Positions 6,569 through 11,457 of a DNA stretch of 36,235 bases are shown here, piece by piece. Source of the stretch: Candidatus Azambacteria bacterium RIFCSPHIGHO2_02_FULL_52_12 (GTDB lineage: Bacteria > Patescibacteriota > Minisyncoccia > GWC2-36-17 > WO2-46-25); assembly GCA_001775835.1 (NCBI GenBank), contig MEYP01000006.1:16486-52720 (forward strand), written 5' to 3'. The first letter of the stretch is position 1. Each line of letters starts with the position of its first letter. The position numbers and the translations under genes were made by a program. The notes under the pieces are model-generated. The model saw only the letters and a program-made list of their open reading frames with translations. It was not told the origin of the DNA and did not search any database.

Positions 6569-8704
6569 TCACTTAACCTTCAATTTCGGCTCGATGCGCT
6601 TGAGCAGGACGGCGTTGGCGGCAACGATGATGGAGGAGGCCGACATCAGGAGCGCGGAGATTTCCGGGCGCAAAGACCAGCCCAGGGACGGATAAAAAAC
6701 TCCGGCGGCGACGGGAATCGCGAGAATGTTGTAAATGGCGGCCCAGAACAGGTTTTGTTTCATGGTGCGCACGGTTGCTTTGGAAAGCGTGATGGCGGCA
6801 AGCACGTCCGCCGGGTCGGATCTCATCAGCACGATATTCGCGGTTTCGATGGCAACGTCGGTGCCCGCGCCGATGGCGATGCCGATATCGGCCTCTGCGA
6901 GGGCGGGCGCGTCGTTGATGCCGTCGCCCACCATCGCGACGAATTTCCCTTCTTCCTGCAGTTTTTTCACGTACGACGCTTTATCCTGGGGGAGCACTTG
7001 CGCGAACACGCGCGTGATGCCGAGCTCGCGGGCGACCGCTTGCGCGATTTTCGGGTGGTCGCCGGTGATCATGGCGACTTCAAGTCCCAGCGCACGCATG
7101 CCCGCAACGGCTTTTTTCGCCGTCGGTTTTATCGCGTCCGCGATGCCGACGACCCCGGCGGCTTTTCCGTCGACGGCCAGCAGGGCAACAGTGTTTCCTT
7201 CATCAAGCAGGCGCTCCATGTCCTGCGCGAGGGGGGTCATGTCGATAGCATTGTCGCGCATCAGGCGTTCCGTTCCGACGAGCACGAGTCTTTTTTCCAC
7301 CATACCGCGCATGCCATGGCCTCCCAGCGCTTCGAATTTTTCGACGTCGTTGCTCGGCATGATGTTTTTTTGTCTGGCGGCGGCGAGCAGTGCAAGCGCG
7401 ATCGGGTGGTTCGATTTTGCTTCAAGCGACGCCTCCAGGCGCACCACTTCTTCCTCGGTATAGGGAGCAAGCGCGATGATTCGCGTGATAACCGGCTTTC
7501 CCTGGGTGAGCGTACCGGTTTTATCAAGGACTACGGCATTGATTTTTGACGTGTTTTCAAGCGTGGCGGCGTCTTTGATGAGGATGTTGTATTTCGCGCC
7601 GATGCCGGTGCCCACCGCGACGGCGGTCGGCGTCGCAAGCCCTAGCGCATCGGGACAGGCGATGACGACGGCCGAAATGGCGAACGTCAGCGCGGCAAGG
7701 AGCGTGGAACCGCCGATGACGTACCACCCTAAAAACGTCGCGATGCCCGACCCCAGCGCCAGCACCACCAGCCACGCGGCGGCGCTGTCTGCGATACGCT
7801 GGCCGGGCGCTTTAGAGTTTTGCGCGGTTTGGACCAGCTTCGCTATCTGCGCGAGCACGGTATCACTGCCGATCTTGGTCGCCTGAAATACCAGCGCTCC
7901 GGACGTGTTGAGCGAGCCGCCAATCACGCTATCACCTATTTTTTTTACGACCGGCATGGATTCTCCCGTCACGAGCGACTCGTCAACGGAACTTTCACCG
8001 GAAACGACAACGCCGTCAACGGGGATTTTATCGCCCGGTTTCAGCACGACCCTGTCGCCCGGCGCGATTTCCGCCGTAAGCACGAGCGTTTCTGTGCCGT
8101 CGCGCAGGACGGTCGCTTTGGGCGGAACCAGATCGAACAACGCATGCAAGGCGTCGAACGTTCCTCTGCGCGATTTCATTTCCATCCAGTGGCCGAACAA
8201 TACGAACGCGACCAGCATCGCGGCGGCTTCAAAAAACGTTTCTTCTCGCGTAAAAACAGTGAGAAGGACGCTTGCGATGTACGCGGTCAAAACGCCGGTC
8301 GCGATGAGCACGGACATGTTGAGTTTGCGCGCTTTAAGGGAGTAGTACGTTCCGGTGATGAAGATCGAACCAGCCCAGAACACTACAGGCGTCGTCAGAA
8401 GCAGCATCATCCAATTTGCCGGCAGGAAAGCGGGAAGCGTCGGGCCCAAAAAAGCCGTTCCCAGCGATGAGTACAAGACCGTGGGAATGGAAAGCGCCAA
8501 CGAGACAAAGAAACGCCGCCGCATGTCCGCTTCCATCTCTTTCGCCATTCGCGGGTCGGTCATCGCCATTTCGTGGTCCCTGTGGCTCGCCTTCCGGATA
8601 GCGTGTCCCGTATGCGTATGATTTTGCGCTTTCAAGGAGAAAGAGAAAGATTTACGGCTGGCGATGCGTATCGTCTTTTTTATCGCCGGAGCGCGTTTGC
8701 GCAA
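6569..8704 (-). CDS. Heavy-metal translocating P1B-type ATPase (copper-type signatures, CPD variant)
   Basis: The 711-aa ORF has the phosphorylation site DKTGTLT, a hinge GDGINDAPAL, the TM6 motif ACPDALGLATP, and TM7/8 motifs YNILAIP and MSASS. The N-terminus is His-rich (HTHTGH...HRDHEM) with no CxxC HMA domain. The start is uncertain: 8704 overlaps the upstream gene by 53 nt, and 8569 is the alternative. Confidence 0.9.
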   Translation of the reverse strand: MRKRAPAIKKTIRIASRKSFSFSLKAQNHTHTGHAIRKASHRDHEMAMTDPRMAKEMEADMRRRFFVSLALSIPTVLYSSLGTAFLGPTLPAFLPANWMMLLLTTPVVFWAGSIFITGTYYSLKARKLNMSVLIATGVLTAYIASVLLTVFTREETFFEAAAMLVAFVLFGHWMEMKSRRGTFDALHALFDLVPPKATVLRDGTETLVLTAEIAPGDRVVLKPGDKIPVDGVVVSGESSVDESLVTGESMPVVKKIGDSVIGGSLNTSGALVFQATKIGSDTVLAQIAKLVQTAQNSKAPGQRIADSAAAWLVVLALGSGIATFLGWYVIGGSTLLAALTFAISAVVIACPDALGLATPTAVAVGTGIGAKYNILIKDAATLENTSKINAVVLDKTGTLTQGKPVITRIIALAPYTEEEVVRLEASLEAKSNHPIALALLAAARQKNIMPSNDVEKFEALGGHGMRGMVEKRLVLVGTERLMRDNAIDMTPLAQDMERLLDEGNTVALLAVDGKAAGVVGIADAIKPTAKKAVAGMRALGLEVAMITGDHPKIAQAVARELGITRVFAQVLPQDKASYVKKLQEEGKFVAMVGDGINDAPALAEADIGIAIGAGTDVAIETANIVLMRSDPADVLAAITLSKATVRTMKQNLFWAAIYNILAIPVAAGVFYPSLGWSLRPEISALLMSASSIIVAANAVLLKRIEPKLKVK

Positions 8705-9260
8705 GAAGCCATTTTACCGAAGCGACAAAGCCGACGATAAGCAGAACCCACACGACGAGCATGAGAAGCCCGCCGAACCATCCGGCGTGGCCGAAGCTGT
8801 ATGAAGGGCCATAGCCCATCATGCCCCACCCCCCGAAATGTCCGAATCCTCCGAACGAACCGCTGTGCATCATGGACATGAAATCACCGCTTCCCGCAGG
8901 ATATGCCGCGGTCATATCGCATCCGCTCATTTGTTTTCCCATCGCGGCATGCATCTCTTCTTCACCCTCTTTTCCCAGTCTTCGTTCTATCATTTCATTC
9001 ATGGCTTCGTGCGAGGAGCCCATCATCCGGCCCATGTAGTATTCTCCCAATGCCTCAAAATCTCCCTCGGACAGTTGAGCGCAGGTGATCTGCTTCGCCT
9101 GCAATTTTTCCCAGATTTCCTTGCCCTCCGCTTCTTCTTTTGCGGTATGGCCGTCCGTTTTTTCGCCATAGCCCATCATACCCATTTGCGCCGAACTTGG
9201 CGCGGCCGATACCGCGAAAACCCCCGCCAACAGCATTCCTAGAACGATGAAATATCTCAT
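8652..9260 (-). CDS. Met/His/Gly-rich exported, C-terminally anchored protein (putative metal-binding partner of the ATPase)
   Basis: The 202-aa ORF has a signal peptide (MRYFIVLGMLLAGVFAVSAAPSSA), M/H-rich stretches (QMGMMGYG, MMGSSHEAMNEM, FMSMMHSGSFGGFGHFGGWGMMGYG) and a C-terminal TM helix (LLMLVVWVLLIVGFV). The function is inferred. Confidence 0.6.
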   Translation of the reverse strand: MRYFIVLGMLLAGVFAVSAAPSSAQMGMMGYGEKTDGHTAKEEAEGKEIWEKLQAKQITCAQLSEGDFEALGEYYMGRMMGSSHEAMNEMIERRLGKEGEEEMHAAMGKQMSGCDMTAAYPAGSGDFMSMMHSGSFGGFGHFGGWGMMGYGPSYSFGHAGWFGGLLMLVVWVLLIVGFVASVKWLLAQTRSGDKKDDTHRQP

Positions 9261-9333
9261 AGTTTTCCGATTAATTGATTATAAAAAATATCCCCCTTCT
9301 AGTATACGCCCATTGACATATGATAGCAATGTA

Positions 9334-9463
9334 TTGACCCCTCACTTGGAAAGCGCTGCGCAAAGCGCAAACATGTTTTTTTAAAAAAAGAAGTATTGTT
9401 TTGCAAAACGGACTATGAAAGCATCAGCGTTGGTTGATTGCGCCTTCCAAGCGAGGGGTTGAC
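9334..9463 (+). repeat. 130-bp TTGA-flanked inverted-repeat element, copy A
   Basis: The structure is TTGA-CCCCTCACTTGGAAAG...CTTCCAAGCGAGGGG-TTGAC. The arms are 14 of 15 complementary. The right flank doubles as a -35 box. Confidence 0.85.
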
Positions 9464-9487
9464 TCGCTATTCGTCAAGTGCTATATT
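9459..9487 (+). promoter_or_regulatory. Sigma-70-type promoter with extended -10
   Basis: TTGACT (9459-9464), a 17-bp spacer, then TGc-TATATT (-10 at 9482-9487). Confidence 0.6.
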
Positions 9488-9558
9488 ACGGGGGTTGGCG
9501 AGGGATGATTCGTAGCTCGTTTACAACTGGTTTTCACTCAGGGAAAGGAGTGTGCGCC

Positions 9559-9717
9559 ATGCAATGTAACCGCTGCAAAGGTTTAATGGTTCGAGAGTGG
9601 GCTTCGGATTCAGAAGGAACCGCAGTTTGGATTGAATTGTGGGGCTGCATTTGTTGTGGAAATTATATAGACGAAAAAGTGATTTACAACAGAATGGATG
9701 TGAAGAATTTCAAATAG
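9559..9717 (+). CDS. Small zinc-ribbon protein (52 aa), hypothetical
   Basis: The start is the internal ATG of track ORF 9478..9717, preceded by the SD AAAGGAG (9544-9550). The product is MQCNRCKGLMV...WGCICCGNYIDE, with CxxC...CxxC. A strong terminator follows. Confidence 0.55.
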   Translation: MQCNRCKGLMVREWASDSEGTAVWIELWGCICCGNYIDEKVIYNRMDVKNFK

Positions 9718-9724
9718 TACCGAT

Positions 9725-9765
9725 AAAAGGGTCGTTTCGCTTTTTGAGCGAAACGACCCTTTTTG
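9725..9765 (+). terminator. Intrinsic terminator
   Basis: The stem is aaaagggtcgtttcgc / gcgaaacgaccctttt with loop tttttga. The T-run merges into the next -35 box. Confidence 0.75.
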
Positions 9766-9791
9766 ACATCTCACGTTTTTTATCGTAAGAA
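9763..9791 (+). promoter_or_regulatory. mnmA promoter
   Basis: TTGACA (9763-9768), a 17-bp spacer, then TAAGAA (9786-9791). The ATG is 9 nt downstream of the -10 box. Confidence 0.5.
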
Positions 9792-9800
9792 TAAAGCAGT

Positions 9801-10955
9801 ATGGAAGCGGCCGCAAAGAAAATTTTTGTAGCTATGTCGGGAGGCGTGGATAGCTCTGTTACTGCCGCTCTGCTTAAAGAGCAGGGGCGCGACGTAACAG
9901 GCATATTCATGAAGAACTGGTCTGACAGTGCGTTTTTGAAAGACACGACTATGTGCCCGTGGGTGGCGGACCAGGAAGATGCGCGCAAGGCGGCCGCGGT
10001 CATCGGCATTCCTTTGTATACGTTCGATTTTGAAAAAGAATATCGGGAAAAAGTCGTCGCGTATATGATAGCGGGATACAAGGCGGGGATTACGCCCAAC
10101 CCGGACGTGATGTGCAACAAGGAGATAAAGTTTGGACTGTTCTTACAAAAAGCGCTCGAGCTTGGCGCCGATTTTGTGGCGACCGGCCATTACGTCCGCC
10201 TTCGGCGGAATGACGAATTTCGAATTTCGAATTTCGAAATTGATTCAAAACTTAAAATTCAAAATTCAAAATTAGGTTGCCAGTTGTTACAAGCAAAAGA
10301 TCGAAATAAAGACCAATCTTATTTTTTGTGGACTCTTACGCAAGAACAGTTGAAATATTGCGTTTTTCCCATTGGAGAATATACCAAGCCGGAGGTGCGC
10401 GAGATGGCGCGGAAATACGGTTTGCATAACGCCCAGAAGAAAGACAGCCAGGGAGTGTGCTTCGTGGGCGACTTGGATGTGTTTGAATTTTTAAAGAGTC
10501 AAATCCCGACGCACAAGGGAAAGATCATGACCGCAAGCGGCAGGGAGGTCGGCGAGCACGAGGGTGTGGAATTTTACACTATCGGCCAGCGCCATGGCAT
10601 CGGTTCGCCTGGTGGCGGAACGGCGTATTATGTGGTTGGCAAGGATGCAAAGAAGAATATCTTGTATGTCGGCGAGGGCGCGGATGACAAAGAGCTCTAC
10701 GGCATGGCGCTTGAAGCCAGGGCAGCGCATTGGATTTCCGGCAACGAGCCAGAGTTGCCGTTACGCTGTGAAGCCAGAATACGGTATAGACAATCATTAC
10801 AGAAGTGTATTGTGAATTCTCTGTTTCATGTTTCACGTTTCATGTTTCACGTTGAGTTCGACGAGCCCCAGCGCGCTATCACGCCTGGCCAGTCTGTTGT
10901 TTTTTATGACGGGGATACGGTCCTTGGCGGTGCCGTAATCGTGCAAAAAGTTTGA
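9801..10955 (+). CDS. mnmA: tRNA 2-thiouridine(34) synthase MnmA
   Basis: The 384-aa ORF has the PP-loop (VAMSGGVDSSV), NPDVMCN, ATGHY, KDQSYFLW, DSQGVCF and the C-terminal AITPGQSVVFYDG. It contains two heptad-repeat tracts, listed separately. Confidence 0.93.
   Translation: MEAAAKKIFVAMSGGVDSSVTAALLKEQGRDVTGIFMKNWSDSAFLKDTTMCPWVADQEDARKAAAVIGIPLYTFDFEKEYREKVVAYMIAGYKAGITPNPDVMCNKEIKFGLFLQKALELGADFVATGHYVRLRRNDEFRISNFEIDSKLKIQNSKLGCQLLQAKDRNKDQSYFLWTLTQEQLKYCVFPIGEYTKPEVREMARKYGLHNAQKKDSQGVCFVGDLDVFEFLKSQIPTHKGKIMTASGREVGEHEGVEFYTIGQRHGIGSPGGGTAYYVVGKDAKKNILYVGEGADDKELYGMALEARAAHWISGNEPELPLRCEARIRYRQSLQKCIVNSLFHVSRFMFHVEFDEPQRAITPGQSVVFYDGDTVLGGAVIVQKV
10214..10276 (+). repeat. Nine 7-bp repeat units (63 bp, 21 codons) inside mnmA
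   Basis: The units read cgaattt x3, cgaaatt, gattcaa, aacttaa, aattcaa x2, aattagg. The tract is AT-rich compared with its flanks and encodes DEFRISNFEIDSKLKIQNSKL. Confidence 0.9.
10823..10853 (+). repeat. GTTTCAY heptad x4 inside mnmA
   Basis: The sequence gtttcat gtttcac gtttcat gtttcac gtt encodes FHVSRFMFHV. Confidence 0.9.
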
Positions 10956-11082
10956 CCCCATACTCAACAAGGATTGCCCCCTTGGCGCCAAGAGGTTTTT
11001 TTACTGTCAACAAGAAATAGCATAACAAGAATGTGCAAGACCAATTCATGAGGTAATTATCCTTGTTGAGTATGGGGTTGAC
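10952..11082 (+). repeat. 131-bp TTGA-flanked inverted-repeat element, copy C
   Basis: The structure is TTGA-CCCCATACTCAACAAGGAT...ATCCTTGTTGAGTATGGGG-TTGAC, a perfect 19-bp inverted repeat. The left TTGA contains the mnmA TGA stop. Internally there is a hairpin plus T7 (cccttggcgccaagagg-ttttttt) and arm-like copies at 11007-11016 and 11024-11032. Confidence 0.9.
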
Positions 11083-11105
11083 AAAGTATATAAAAAAAGT
11101 ATATT
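11078..11105 (+). promoter_or_regulatory. Promoter at the right end of element C
   Basis: TTGACA (11078-11083), a 16-bp spacer, then TATATT (11100-11105). Confidence 0.5.
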
Positions 11106-11159
11106 AGAGAACGGGTTGTTTTATGTTCATTTCATTTCTCACACAAGAGGAGGAGAATC

Positions 11160-11360
11160 GTGGAAACGATACCCTATGTGGTTTTAAAGCATGCTCATCT
11201 CATCGGAGATGAAGCATTTGTTTTGCGACGGTATCTGTTGTTCTTTCTTCCCGACTCGTTGCAGTATGTGGATGAAGAACAAGAGAAAAATCGTCAAAAA
11301 GCCCTTAATTGCAAGGAATGTTTCGAGGCGTTCGTCGAGGACTATAATCTTGGCGGTTAA
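11160..11360 (+). CDS. Hypothetical small protein (66 aa)
   Basis: A GTG start is preceded by a strong SD (GAGGAGGAG, 11147-11155) and followed by a strong terminator. I recognise no family. Confidence 0.5.
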   Translation: METIPYVVLKHAHLIGDEAFVLRRYLLFFLPDSLQYVDEEQEKNRQKALNCKECFEAFVEDYNLGG

Positions 11361-11385
11361 GCGGTTTTAAAGGGTATAACACAAC

Positions 11386-11420
11386 AGCGCCATGACGAAA
11401 TCTGTCGTGGCGCTTTTTTT
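11386..11420 (+). terminator. Intrinsic terminator
   Basis: The 11-bp stem is agcgccatgac / gtcgtggcgct with loop gaaatct, followed by T7. Confidence 0.8.
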
Positions 11421-11421
11421 A

Positions 11422-11450
11422 TTGCAATCATGGGAAAAATTTACTATGAT
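11422..11450 (+). promoter_or_regulatory. alaS promoter (leaderless geometry)
   Basis: TTGCAA (11422-11427), a 17-bp spacer, then TATGAT (11445-11450). The ATG at 11458 is 7 nt after the -10 box. Confidence 0.6.
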
Positions 11451-11457
11451 GGACGCT

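Noticed and set aside
8761-8790. gcccgccgaaccatccggcgtgg as another copy of the GC-rich palindromic element.
   Set aside because: It shares only short strings with the 61-bp element. It encodes part of the Gly/Trp-rich motif (HAGWFGG) consistent with the rest of that protein, so the resemblance is probably chance.
11123-11212. Alternative 29-codon ORF (MFISFLTQEEENRGN...) overlapping the start of the 66-aa ORF.
   Set aside because: It has no SD and lies in a different frame from the GTG start that follows GAGGAGGAG. It is too short to evaluate, so I did not report it.
11392-11457. Track start codon for alaS at 11392 (22 extra N-terminal codons).
   Set aside because: That ATG sits inside the left arm of a strong terminator hairpin (11386-11420). 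It is upstream of a consensus-like promoter (TTGCAA, 17-bp spacer, TATGAT). The AlaRS homology begins at MTTNEVRQKF (11458).
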